Origin: Candidatus Latescibacterota bacterium
GTDB lineage: Bacteria > Latescibacterota > UBA2968 > UBA8231
Length of the DNA stretch: 64,000 bases
Assembly (NCBI GenBank): GCA_965203175.1
Contig: OZ241867.1
Location: forward strand, 3,040,001-3,104,000
Reading direction: 5' to 3'
Every line of letters starts with the position of its first letter. Positions within the stretch are counted from its first letter, which is position 1. Under the pieces are notes generated by a model. It ran no database searches, was not told where the DNA came from, and saw only the letters and a list, made by a program, of their open reading frames with translations. This document shows, in pieces, positions 29,866-39,606 of this stretch. The translations under genes were made by a program, and so were the position numbers.

Positions 29866-30327
29866 ATGGCCAGCCATCTCGAAGACGTCGAGTACAAAGA
29901 CGGCAAAAAACACGGCCCTTGGGTGCTGTACTACGCCGACGGCGGCAAGCGGCGCGAAGGCGCTTTTGATATGGACAAAAAGACGGGCAAATGGGTCGAG
30001 TACCACAGAAACGGCCAACCCGCTAGTATCAATCACTACCGAGAGAACCAGCTTACCGGCGACCACGTAGCCTACTATGAAAACGGCAAACGGAAACAGG
30101 CCGGGCGATTCAATGAATACCGCGGCAAGAGCTCGGACGGGCGCAAGACGGGCACGTGGACCTTTTACGCCACGGACGGCGAGACGGTCTGGCGGCGCAT
30201 TACCTACAAAGACGGTCGCCGCAGCCGCGAGGACGAGCATCCCCTCGGCTTGTGCCCGGATTGCGACAAGCCGGTAGAATCGCCCGCGTGGGAACACTGT
30301 CCTCGCTGCGACTCCGAGTTGATCTAA
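29866..30327 (+). CDS. MORN-variant repeat protein (YwqK-like) with C-terminal zinc ribbon
   Basis: Repeats GKKHGPWVLYY.DG, GKWVEYHRNG, YYENG; C-terminal CPDC...CPRC. Confidence 0.75.
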   Translation: MASHLEDVEYKDGKKHGPWVLYYADGGKRREGAFDMDKKTGKWVEYHRNGQPASINHYRENQLTGDHVAYYENGKRKQAGRFNEYRGKSSDGRKTGTWTFYATDGETVWRRITYKDGRRSREDEHPLGLCPDCDKPVESPAWEHCPRCDSELI

Positions 30328-30352
30328 AGCTCATAGAGTGAGGTAAGCAGCA

Positions 30353-31162
30353 ATGGAATTGGTCCTACTGGAGGAGCAACAGCGCCGCTTCTTCGACGAC
30401 AACGGCTATCTGGTCGTCCCCGGGGCGCTGACGGAGCAAGAGGTGGCGCAGCTAACGACAGTGTGCGACCGGATGATCGATGAATTCGGACGTGAAGCAG
30501 ACCAATACTACGTTCAGCGGCGGCCGGGGATCGTACAAGAGAAAGTGTTTCACCCGCTGCTGACCCATTCTTCGACGGTACCGCTAGTGGTACAGTTGCT
30601 GTCGCCTAATATCCATCTGCATACCACGGCGATTATCTATAAATTCCCACAGGACGATGCCGGCGAAGGGACGCGGGGGTGGCATCGCGACATCGGCATG
30701 ACCGAAGATTTGGGCCATGAACGCATCGTCCGCGCTGGCATAAAAGTAGGCTATTGCCTCACGGATTTTCCCGCGCCGCAATCGGGTTTTACTATGTTTG
30801 CTCCCGGCTCGCATCTGCTGGCGACGCCGTTGCCCATTCCTCGGGGCCAAGTCGATCCAGAGGGAGCGGTGGATTTGTGTCTCAATGCTGGCGACGCCTT
30901 TTTGTTTGAGAACCGCGTCTTCCACACGGCGGCACCCAATGTAAGCCAGCGCACAGCGAAAGTGGTCATACTAGGCTACAGCTATCGCTGGATGGGAGGG
31001 CTACGAGATAATATGAACCTCGTCCAGCCGGGCGACGAGGTGCTGGATCAAGTAGATGATATTGGCAAGCAATTATTGGGGGGATCGAGCTATGGCTTGG
31101 TCGAATGGGCCCAAGAGAAAGGTATCGCCCCCGAGCCGATTGAGTGGACTAAACAGGTTTAA
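30353..31162 (+). CDS. Phytanoyl-CoA dioxygenase (PhyH) family Fe(II)/2OG oxygenase
   Basis: FFDDNGYLVVPGAL, WHRD, PGSH, AGDAFLF...FH, R. Confidence 0.88.
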   Translation: MELVLLEEQQRRFFDDNGYLVVPGALTEQEVAQLTTVCDRMIDEFGREADQYYVQRRPGIVQEKVFHPLLTHSSTVPLVVQLLSPNIHLHTTAIIYKFPQDDAGEGTRGWHRDIGMTEDLGHERIVRAGIKVGYCLTDFPAPQSGFTMFAPGSHLLATPLPIPRGQVDPEGAVDLCLNAGDAFLFENRVFHTAAPNVSQRTAKVVILGYSYRWMGGLRDNMNLVQPGDEVLDQVDDIGKQLLGGSSYGLVEWAQEKGIAPEPIEWTKQV

Positions 31163-31183
31163 AGAATCGACAAGGAGAACGCC

Positions 31184-32005
31184 GTGAGCGAGCATAGTGC
31201 CGTACCCGTACCCATGACCGAAGAGCAGAAGTTTTTTTTCGACCTCCAAGGTTGGATTTTGTTACCCTCGGTACTGTCCGAAGCGGAAATCAAGGCGATG
31301 AAGGCCGAGGTGTACGACGGCGCTAAACAGGGCTATCAAGGTGCCTTGCAGGGACTGTTGGACCATCCGGCGGTGGTCGGCATTCTCACCGAAATCCTCG
31401 CCGAAGAGCCGTATCTCGGGGACGAGTACTACAGCTTCCGCTGTGAAAATTCCTTTATCACAGTGCGACACGCTGGCTGGAAAAGCACCGACAACGGGAC
31501 CGGACTGCCGCATGTGGTGCGGCCCCCGCAACAAGCCAATGCCATGCGCTACCAAGTGGCGGGGAACAAGATATTTTCCGGGCTGACGCGGGTGGTGTGG
31601 GAGCTTGAAGAAGTGAAAGCCGGCCAGGGGGGCACCACGTTTCTCTCCGGCTCGCACAAGGCCCATTTCAACTACGGCGGCCCCGACCCCAACCGGCCCA
31701 ATATAGGCGAATCGCCCTGGGAGGAACGCATGAGGGTGGCGATGGCCCAATATAGCTGCCCGCCCGGCTCGGCCATTGTCTTCACCGAAAGCCTGCTACA
31801 CGCAGCCAACGATTGGCGCAATTCAGACAATCCGCGCTGCGCCGTCTTCAATTGCTACAATTCCCTGTGGGCGCAATGGCACCGGCTCAGCCTCAGCCAT
31901 GAGGTCATCGAGGCCATGCCGCCCAAGCGCCGCTCGCTGTTCCGCGGCACGTGGCAAATAGGTGGTGAGAACCGTGCCTATTCGCTAGATAATCGTTCGG
32001 TTTAA
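31184..32005 (+). CDS. PhyH family oxygenase, atypical metal motif
   Basis: FFFDLQGWILLPSVLS, GSHK, PPGSAIVFTESLLH; first His motif reads LPHVV. Confidence 0.8.
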   Translation: MSEHSAVPVPMTEEQKFFFDLQGWILLPSVLSEAEIKAMKAEVYDGAKQGYQGALQGLLDHPAVVGILTEILAEEPYLGDEYYSFRCENSFITVRHAGWKSTDNGTGLPHVVRPPQQANAMRYQVAGNKIFSGLTRVVWELEEVKAGQGGTTFLSGSHKAHFNYGGPDPNRPNIGESPWEERMRVAMAQYSCPPGSAIVFTESLLHAANDWRNSDNPRCAVFNCYNSLWAQWHRLSLSHEVIEAMPPKRRSLFRGTWQIGGENRAYSLDNRSV

Positions 32006-32047
32006 AGTCGCTGTTATGCTGTTATCGTGATAGAGAGGAAGTAGATT

Positions 32048-32869
32048 ATGCCCAAACCTGTCGCTGACAAACCACTCAATAGCTACCTCTATCCCGAAGG
32101 AGGCCCTGGACGCCAGCTCAAGGCTCGGTTGCGGGCCGGGGAGGTATTGGTGGGTGGCATGATTGCCGAGTACGTGCGGCCGTCGCTGGTCAAGTGCTTC
32201 CAGCAGGCCGGCTGCGATTTTATCTACATCGAATTTGAGCACGGCTATTTCGATTTGACCGCGCTAGCCGATACCGTGCAGGCCGCGCGCGACAATGGCC
32301 TACCGGTCATTGCCAAAACCCCGCAGCTAGAGCGGGCCGCAGTGGCCAAGCTGTTGGAGTGCGGCGTGGTGGGGCTACAACTGCCGCGCACAGAATCGAG
32401 GGAGGACATCGAGACCTTGCGCAGCTATCTCAAGTTCCCGCCCTTGGGCACCCGCGCCGCAGCGCCGGGATACGGCAATAGCGACTATTGCAAAGTCGCA
32501 GACCACCGGGCGTGGATGGCGGCACAGGATGAGGAAACATCCCTCGTGGTGCACATAGAGACGCGACGGGCCTACGAGCGGGCCGAGGAAATCGTCTCGA
32601 CGCCGGGGGTGGACATGGTCTATGTCGGGCCGGGCGATTTTTCCGTGGAGATGGGGCAGCCGGACCATCCGGATGTGCGCGGCCCGATGGAAGAGATCCT
32701 ACAACTGTGCAGGAAGCACGGGATCCCATTCGGCACTACGGCTTCGGGGCCAGAGGCGGCTCGGCGCTGGGTGGAACAGGGATCCTTGTTCTTTGAGGCC
32801 GAAGACGAGCGCAACCTGATCTTGGAGGGAGCGACCAAGCTGGTGGAAGCGTACCGGACTTTCTGCTAG
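32048..32869 (+). CDS. HpcH/HpaI aldolase family protein
   Basis: DFIYIEFEHG, KFPPLGTR, HIET, GVDMVYVGPGD. Confidence 0.88.
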   Translation: MPKPVADKPLNSYLYPEGGPGRQLKARLRAGEVLVGGMIAEYVRPSLVKCFQQAGCDFIYIEFEHGYFDLTALADTVQAARDNGLPVIAKTPQLERAAVAKLLECGVVGLQLPRTESREDIETLRSYLKFPPLGTRAAAPGYGNSDYCKVADHRAWMAAQDEETSLVVHIETRRAYERAEEIVSTPGVDMVYVGPGDFSVEMGQPDHPDVRGPMEEILQLCRKHGIPFGTTASGPEAARRWVEQGSLFFEAEDERNLILEGATKLVEAYRTFC

Positions 32870-32885
32870 CACTGGCTCAGAATTC

Positions 32886-34913
32886 GTGACACCTGCAGAT
32901 CCCCATAGCGAGTCGGGCGCTCGGGAGCGAGTGGCCGAGACCTTTATCAGACAGGCCAGCTTGAGAGAGACTCCTGCCGAGGAGAGCCAGCCCCTTTCCA
33001 TTCGGGCCTTTTTGTTGGGGGCCCTGTTGTGCCTTCTCATTGGTGTAGGCACCATTTACGCCAACGCCATTATCCAGGGCACCTTCATGGCTTGGTGCTT
33101 TAGCAATCCCGTTGCTCTCTTCCTGTTCTTCTACCTAGTGTTGGGCAATATCTTGGTGGGCACCTTGGCTCGCAATTTGGCGCTGAGGCGGGAAGAGTTG
33201 GTGCTGATCTACGCCATGATGATGGTGTCGGCGTCGATTCCCACCTTTGGCTTGGTCGAGCATCTGCTGCCCATGATCACGGGGGTCTTTTACTATGCTA
33301 CCCCCGAAAACAATTGGGGTGAACTGATCCAGCCCTATGTTCCCGCTTGGATCGCTCCCAGCGATGAGAATTTGATTCAAGGTTTCTACGAGGGCCTGCC
33401 CAAGGGGATGCCGGTGCCTTGGGAAGGCTGGTTGGAAACGCTGGGCTATTGGTCTGTTTTCCTCCTTGCTCTCTACTTAGTGTCGATTGGCCTGATGGTG
33501 CTTTTGCGTCGGCCGTGGATGGAAGGGGAACGCCTGCTCTATCCGATGATGCAGGTTCCCATTGAGATGATCAACGGACGCGAGGGGACATCCTTGGTGA
33601 GTGCAGTCTTCCGCCAGCCGCAGATGTGGATCGGTTTTGCTCTGCCCGTTATAGTGGGCTGCTGCAACGCCCTGCACAATTACTATCCGCAATGGCCGGG
33701 GCTGTACTTTCGCTCCAGTATGTACTTGTTCCGCGATACCATCAATCTGCCCTTTGAGTTTTCGTTTTCTCTGGTGGGTTTTTCCTATTTCATCAACCGG
33801 AACCTAGCCTTGGGAATCTGGTTTTTCTATTTGCTGGCCCTCGTCGAGCAGGGCTGTTTCAATATTCTCGGCGTCCACAGTACGGAAAAATTGGGTTGGT
33901 TTAGTAATCCTAGTTCCCCTTATCTGACCCACCAAGCTCTGGGGGCCATGCTGGTATTCGCTCTATATACTTTGTGGAAGGCGCGCTCCCATTTGCTGGC
34001 GGTAGCGCGCCGGGCTTGGAGTTGGGGCGGCGACGATGGCGACCAGAACGAGATTATGTCGTACCGGGCGGCCTTGTGGACGGTACTGGTAGGATTGGTC
34101 GTCATGGTAGTGTGGCTCGAGGCAACGGGCATCCCCTTGGTGGCGGTATTGCTCTTAGTCGCGGTGGCGATGCTTATCTTCATCGCATTGTCGCGCATTG
34201 TCGCCGAGGCTGGGGTGGCGCTGGTGCGAGCGCCGCTCATTGCGCCCGATTTTGTCATGGCCAGCATGGGCACCTCCTTCCTCGGGCCGAAGGGCTTGAC
34301 TGGCCTGGCCTACACCTATCCGTGGACTGCGGATATCGTCACTTTTCCCATGGCTGCCTGTGCCAATAGCCTGAAGATGATCCACGAGGTGGTGCGGGGG
34401 AGAAAGCGGGCCTTTTTCTGGGGCATGGTGCTGGCCTTGGTGGTTACGTTGGCAGGCGCGTTCTGGATTGTGCTGTACCTGTCCTATCGGCACGGCGGAA
34501 TCAATCTCAATAGCTGGTTCTGGCTCACCTCTTCCTCCGTTCCCCTCTCCTATATCTCGATGATGATGCGCAGTCCCTCGACGACGGAGCTAGGCGGCTG
34601 GCTGTTTACGGGCTTTGGCGCGGGGCTGATGTGGCTGCTGATCTGGGTGCATCAGCGGGTCATGTGGTGGCCCATTCATCCGCTGGGCTTGGCCATGACC
34701 GGGACGGTTTTCACCTCGGGGGTGATGTGGTTCAACGTCTTTTTGGCCTGGGCCATAAAGGGCTTAGTGCTCAAATACGGCGGCGGCCTTTTGTACCGTC
34801 AGACCCGGTACTTTTTTGTCGGCATGATCTTGGGTGCCTTTGTCGTGGCCGGCACTTGGCTGGTCATCGACTTTATTACCGGGAAGCAGGGCAATTTCGT
34901 GTTGATATGGTGA
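32886..34913 (+). CDS. Large polytopic membrane protein, DUF6785/DUF6784 (OPT-like putative transporter)
   Basis: About 15 or more TM segments; W...ERLLYP, RIVAEAG, WWPIHPLG, KYGG..LY...RYFFVGMILG. Confidence 0.7.
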   Translation: MTPADPHSESGARERVAETFIRQASLRETPAEESQPLSIRAFLLGALLCLLIGVGTIYANAIIQGTFMAWCFSNPVALFLFFYLVLGNILVGTLARNLALRREELVLIYAMMMVSASIPTFGLVEHLLPMITGVFYYATPENNWGELIQPYVPAWIAPSDENLIQGFYEGLPKGMPVPWEGWLETLGYWSVFLLALYLVSIGLMVLLRRPWMEGERLLYPMMQVPIEMINGREGTSLVSAVFRQPQMWIGFALPVIVGCCNALHNYYPQWPGLYFRSSMYLFRDTINLPFEFSFSLVGFSYFINRNLALGIWFFYLLALVEQGCFNILGVHSTEKLGWFSNPSSPYLTHQALGAMLVFALYTLWKARSHLLAVARRAWSWGGDDGDQNEIMSYRAALWTVLVGLVVMVVWLEATGIPLVAVLLLVAVAMLIFIALSRIVAEAGVALVRAPLIAPDFVMASMGTSFLGPKGLTGLAYTYPWTADIVTFPMAACANSLKMIHEVVRGRKRAFFWGMVLALVVTLAGAFWIVLYLSYRHGGINLNSWFWLTSSSVPLSYISMMMRSPSTTELGGWLFTGFGAGLMWLLIWVHQRVMWWPIHPLGLAMTGTVFTSGVMWFNVFLAWAIKGLVLKYGGGLLYRQTRYFFVGMILGAFVVAGTWLVIDFITGKQGNFVLIW

Positions 34914-34915
34914 TT

Positions 34916-35003
34916 TCAATTAGGAATTGAGAATTAGGAATTACGAATTGAGCAATTGAGCAACGTACCAATTCCTAATTCTTAATTCCTAATTCCTAAT
35001 TGA
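34916..35003. repeat. Inverted heptamer-repeat array (AATTAGG/AATTGAG)n ... (AATTCCT)n between convergent genes
   Basis: tcaattaggaattgagaattaggaattacgaattgag... pairs with ...aattcctaattcttaattcctaattcctaattga; very AT-rich. Confidence 0.85.
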
Positions 35004-35004
35004 T

Positions 35005-36843
35005 TCAATACGCCACACTGATCGCGCCGGTGTGTTCTTCCCGCGCTTTGTCCGTGTCCACTCGCACCTGATACAGATACGTCCCGGGTGCCACGGCACT
35101 GCCGTCATCGCTGTGGCCGTCCCACAAGTGGACGTGACGACCGCTGCGCTGGTGGCCCTGGTAGAGCGACCGGACTAGACGGCCCGCGAGGTCGAATATA
35201 TCTACCGCCACTTGACCGGTCTCCACCAATTCCAACAGCGAGTATTCGACACCGACCGCGTCGTTGATCCCGTCCCCGTTGGGCGTGACCACGGGCGGCT
35301 GCGCCCGTACCTCGCTCACGAGGCGGCCGCGCAGGCGTATGCCAGCCCACACTTGGTTGCTGTCCAGTGCAAAGGTGGCGTCTCCGCCCTGTATCTGCTG
35401 GCCCACTTCGAGGGGGCGTTCGGAGTCGAACACTTGGCCCGCAAAAGTCGTGCCAAAGTGAAAGACTTGGGCGCGGAAGAAGACCTCGACTAACTTCTGA
35501 CTATCGGTGGCGTCCATGCGCGGCAGCGATAGCGCCAAGCGCTTGTGCGCGAGGTCTGCAGTCCAGTCCACCCCATCTCCATTGACGTGTACAGAATCGA
35601 TGCCGACAAATCGTCCAGAGGTCTGCAGCACTAATTGGTCGAAACCACTGTTGTCCGGCACGATGAGCGGTTTAAAGGCATAGGTAAACGGCGTCACTTG
35701 GCCTGGCTCGGCTTCCACTGGCCAGATCTCGGCAACCACTTGGTCGGTTATAGGCGGCTGCGAGGTGGTGAACTCGACAAAGTTGAGTCCGGCCCCTTGA
35801 AAGCCCTTGGGCAAGAGTAAGATCTGGAACTGCAGGTACTGCCGGGCGTTAGGCGCAATAATAGGCGTGCCAGTGCTGTCGGCAAAATCGTAAGTCCCGG
35901 ACCAGGGGTTCCAATGGTCTAGATCGGTAGTAATGCCGGCTTTATTGCCCTTCAGCTTGTCGTAAGCCGCGCGCGTGAGGGGCTGGCCAGCCTCGTCGCG
36001 AAAGGTCTGCTCGTCGCCGCGGCCCGTAAAGCGCCAGTAGCGATTGGGGTCAGCCGCGGTGCCATTGCGCGTGCGGATTTTGACGCGAGCGTCTCGTTCC
36101 TTGAAACCGGACCAGCGCAGGTCGCCCACGGTGGCGGGGCCGCCCAAGTCGAAGATCTGAGTTTGGTAGAAGCCCTCCAAGACGTAGCCTTCTCCGTATG
36201 CTTCGAATTCGGCGACTTCCCAATCGCGTTGGCGGAAAGCCATGGTCAGTACCAGCCGGTCGGCAGCCTGGGGCGGAAAGAGGAGATCGACAGTGCTAGA
36301 GCGATTGTTCGTTTCTGAGACGATGACCTCGTCGCGGTCGTCGTCGTAGGCTGTGAGGATGAATTGTTCGATGAAGCGCAGAGGAAATTGAGGCGAGGGA
36401 TAGAACCGCACGCGGTTGACCGAGAAACGCCCACCTAAGTCGAGAATGAGGACGACGCGCGCGCCGACGTGCTCCGAATCGGTATTCTTGAACACCGTCG
36501 TCGAATCGCCGTCGGCGATTCCGGCGGTCACTTCGTTCTCGGTTTCCAGAAAGCCGCCTACGCCAAAGCGGGCGCTCTTGGGACCGCCGCCCCGGTCTTT
36601 GGCGGTGAGTGCCATATTATCGTCTGCTGTGACCAGAATGGGCGTCGCTTGGCCACCCTCAAATAGCAAGCCCTCGGTCCGCCCGTCAAAACCCGCAAAG
36701 GCTTCCTCCCAGGCCAGATGGACGATGTCCACTCCCTTCATCTGTGTGGGTGGGGGACCGCCAATTCGGTACAGGGTCAAGCCCCAGTTGTCGCACGGCC
36801 ACAGGGCAATAGCGGCCCATATCGCTAAAATGGACGTTCTCAT
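35005..36843 (-). CDS. Secreted discoidin-like + FlgD-Ig/CHU_C-like protein (family member 2)
   Basis: Signal peptide, ADGD, DLGGRFSVNRVRFYP, WEVAEFEAYGEGY, AEIWP, VTPNGDGIND, ends ISVAY. Confidence 0.78.
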   Translation of the reverse strand: MRTSILAIWAAIALWPCDNWGLTLYRIGGPPPTQMKGVDIVHLAWEEAFAGFDGRTEGLLFEGGQATPILVTADDNMALTAKDRGGGPKSARFGVGGFLETENEVTAGIADGDSTTVFKNTDSEHVGARVVLILDLGGRFSVNRVRFYPSPQFPLRFIEQFILTAYDDDRDEVIVSETNNRSSTVDLLFPPQAADRLVLTMAFRQRDWEVAEFEAYGEGYVLEGFYQTQIFDLGGPATVGDLRWSGFKERDARVKIRTRNGTAADPNRYWRFTGRGDEQTFRDEAGQPLTRAAYDKLKGNKAGITTDLDHWNPWSGTYDFADSTGTPIIAPNARQYLQFQILLLPKGFQGAGLNFVEFTTSQPPITDQVVAEIWPVEAEPGQVTPFTYAFKPLIVPDNSGFDQLVLQTSGRFVGIDSVHVNGDGVDWTADLAHKRLALSLPRMDATDSQKLVEVFFRAQVFHFGTTFAGQVFDSERPLEVGQQIQGGDATFALDSNQVWAGIRLRGRLVSEVRAQPPVVTPNGDGINDAVGVEYSLLELVETGQVAVDIFDLAGRLVRSLYQGHQRSGRHVHLWDGHSDDGSAVAPGTYLYQVRVDTDKAREEHTGAISVAY

Positions 36844-36989
36844 GTCGCTTCACCCCATTGGAGATGGCTCCATTATAAAGCGGCTCGGGTAGCGAGACAA
36901 CTGCGCGGTGTGTGGCTGTTGGAGCTAGTCGTTGCTTGACCTATCTTTTCGGCATAAGTCTAACTGCGCGATCTCATCAGGAGGAGCAC

Positions 36990-37916
36990 ATGGGAGTGTG
37001 GATCGAAAAAACACCGATGCCGACCAATCGGCACGATCTCCAAGCGATTGCTGTGGACGGTGAGATCTATGCCATTTCCGGGGCTGGAGACCATACGGTA
37101 CACGTAGTTGAAATCTACGACGTGGCCAGCGACACTTGGCGACCGGGACCGCCCATCCCCACGCAGCGAGGGTGGTTTGGCGCAGCGCGGGTCGGCGACG
37201 AGATTTACGCCTGCGGCGGCAAGCGAGTGCGCACGGAGGAGGAAAAGCAGCAAACCGGCGACGACTATCACTTTGAAATCCGCGACAGCGTCGAGGTTTT
37301 GAATCTGAAGGCGCAGACTTGGTCCGCAGCCGCGCCCTTGAGCAAACCACGGGCTGGTCTGGTGGCCGTTGTCTGCAAGGGGAAGATCTACGCGGTCGGC
37401 GGCAACAGCATGAACGCCGAGCCCGAGATCGGCCAGCCGTACCTGGACCGCGTCGAGGTCTTCGACCCGACTACGGCTCGCTGGACCTTGGGAGTGCCCC
37501 TACCCAAAGCAGTCCAAGGGCCTGGAGTCGCCGTGGTGGACGACAAGATCTACGTCGCGACCGGGATCGGCGGCGACGGACCCCGGCCCGACTTCAATGT
37601 CTTCGACCCTGATACCGACCGTTGGTCGCCGCTGCCACCCATTCCCACGCCGCGCTGCGATCCGGGCTGTTTGGCCGTGGGGCGCAAGATCTACGTCTTT
37701 GGCGGCTGGGGCGGATCAGCGCCCTATCACACAGAGGTCGAAGTGTACGATATCGACGCCGGCACTTGGTCGAGCGAGACCCCCATGCCAGTGAAAAAAG
37801 CCTGGATGGCCACTGCGAATGTAGGCGCGCGAATTTTCGTCATGGGTGGGGCTCACAAGTGGGAGGACCGAGAGGGGTACAACTGGATCGCGGATCTGCA
37901 CGAGTACGTGCCCTAG
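36990..37916 (+). CDS. Kelch-repeat beta-propeller protein
   Basis: Six Kelch units (IYA.GG...VE.[YF]D....W...P.P..R); GGAGGAG RBS before ATG 36990; no signal peptide. Confidence 0.9.
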   Translation: MGVWIEKTPMPTNRHDLQAIAVDGEIYAISGAGDHTVHVVEIYDVASDTWRPGPPIPTQRGWFGAARVGDEIYACGGKRVRTEEEKQQTGDDYHFEIRDSVEVLNLKAQTWSAAAPLSKPRAGLVAVVCKGKIYAVGGNSMNAEPEIGQPYLDRVEVFDPTTARWTLGVPLPKAVQGPGVAVVDDKIYVATGIGGDGPRPDFNVFDPDTDRWSPLPPIPTPRCDPGCLAVGRKIYVFGGWGGSAPYHTEVEVYDIDAGTWSSETPMPVKKAWMATANVGARIFVMGGAHKWEDREGYNWIADLHEYVP

Positions 37917-37926
37917 GCCGGCGCTC

Positions 37927-39597
37927 ATGTCCACAGGGGTCTCCCTGGTCCTAGCGGTCATTTTACTAGGTTGCCAAGCGCAATCTGGACGGGAACAGAG
38001 CGAGCTGTCAAAGGCCCCCTTTCACTTCGTCGATGCCAGCCGGGAAGCGGGGCTGGACTTTCTAAACGTCTCAGGTAGCCCCCAACAGAATTACGTCCTT
38101 GAGTCCATGTCCACCGGGGCGGCTTTTCTCGACTACGACAACGACGGTTTTCAGGATCTTTTCGTCGTCAACGGGACGCGGTTGGAATACCAGCCAGAGG
38201 AGGCGCGCAACCGGCTTTTCCACAATGAGCTAGGTGCCGGAGGTGCGCGGGTTTTCCGTCAAGCGGAAGCCGATCTAGGCATTGGGGGCTGGGGTATGGG
38301 ATGCGCCGCAGGGGATTACGACAACGACGGCGATGTCGATCTGTACGTCACGTATTGGGGTCCCAACCAACTCTGGCGCAACGATGGGGCGGGCCGCTTT
38401 GCCGAAGTTGCCACTGCTGCCGGAGTGGATGATGGCCGCTGGGGTTCTAGCGCCGCCTTTGGGGATGTCGATGGCGATGGGTGGCTCGATCTGTACGTGA
38501 CCAACTACCTCGAATTCGATTTGGATAATCCGCCGGCGGGCGGCTCTAAATGTCACTACAAGGGTCTATATGTGTACTGCGGACCCGAATACGCCGGTCG
38601 GCAGGCGGACCGGATTTACCGCAATCGGGGCGACGGGACGTTTCTGGACATGAGCGATTCCACCGGAGTCGGCGCTTTGCGCTACCCGGCGATGGGGGTC
38701 GTCTTCAACGACTTGGACCGCGACGGCGATCTCGATCTGTACGTGGCCAACGATACCGAACCCAACCTGCTCTGGCGCAACGACGGTGACTGGCGGTTGG
38801 TTCAGGTGGCCGTCCAGGCCGGGGCCGCGTACAGCGGCGACGGTTTGCCGCAAGCCAGCATGGGATTGCACGCTGGCGATTTTGATTGCGACGGCGATCT
38901 CGATCTCTTTGCAACGCACTTTTCAGAAGAGCTCAATACCCTGTACTGCAACGAGGGAACTTGGCGCTTCCGGGATTGTACTCGCGAGGTCGGCTTGAGC
39001 CAAATTGAGGGCCCCTACTTGGGATGGGGAACGGCCTTTGTCGATTTCGACCGGGATGGCTGGCTCGACTTATTTGTCGCCAACGGGCACGTCTATCCGC
39101 AGCTAGACCAAAGCTACGCCGATTTGCGTTACGCCCAGCGCAATTTGCTCTACCGCAACGAGGGCGGGCGGTTCAGGGAGGTGGGAGGGCAGAGCGGGGC
39201 CGTGTGGAAGTTGCAGAAGGTGAGCCGCGCCGCGGCAGTGGGCGATTACGACAACGACGGCGATGTCGATGTTTTCATTATGAACTTGAACGATACGCCG
39301 ACCCTGCTGCGCAACGACAGCGAGGCGGATCACCGCTGGTTGGGTCTACGGCTGGTAGGGGCCGAAGGGCGGATTGCCATTGGTGCTGAGGTACGGGTGC
39401 AGGCCGGCGGCAGCGAGCAAGTGCGAGAGGTCCATCGGGGGTACAGTTTCCAGGCCCAAAACGACCCGCGCTTGTTGTTCGGCCTAGGGCAGTCAGCAGC
39501 GGTGGAACAGGTGGAAATCCGCTGGCCTTCTGGGCGGCGGCAGGTTTTGTCGAGTCTGCCGACCGGGCGCTATGTGGAGGTGATGGAGCAGCCCTGA
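37927..39597 (+). CDS. CRTAC1/ASPIC-UnbV family lipoprotein
   Basis: Lipobox LLGC, FG-GAP DYDNDGxxDLY repeats, AIGAEV...FGLG...IRWPSG. Confidence 0.87.
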   Translation: MSTGVSLVLAVILLGCQAQSGREQSELSKAPFHFVDASREAGLDFLNVSGSPQQNYVLESMSTGAAFLDYDNDGFQDLFVVNGTRLEYQPEEARNRLFHNELGAGGARVFRQAEADLGIGGWGMGCAAGDYDNDGDVDLYVTYWGPNQLWRNDGAGRFAEVATAAGVDDGRWGSSAAFGDVDGDGWLDLYVTNYLEFDLDNPPAGGSKCHYKGLYVYCGPEYAGRQADRIYRNRGDGTFLDMSDSTGVGALRYPAMGVVFNDLDRDGDLDLYVANDTEPNLLWRNDGDWRLVQVAVQAGAAYSGDGLPQASMGLHAGDFDCDGDLDLFATHFSEELNTLYCNEGTWRFRDCTREVGLSQIEGPYLGWGTAFVDFDRDGWLDLFVANGHVYPQLDQSYADLRYAQRNLLYRNEGGRFREVGGQSGAVWKLQKVSRAAAVGDYDNDGDVDVFIMNLNDTPTLLRNDSEADHRWLGLRLVGAEGRIAIGAEVRVQAGGSEQVREVHRGYSFQAQNDPRLLFGLGQSAAVEQVEIRWPSGRRQVLSSLPTGRYVEVMEQP

Positions 39598-39606
39598 CTC
39601 CCAATC

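Noticed and set aside
29149-30327. Toxin-antitoxin pair (YwqJK-like)
   Set aside because: The upstream gene is a signal-peptide protein with no recognisable toxin motifs; MORN-variant repeats alone are not diagnostic.
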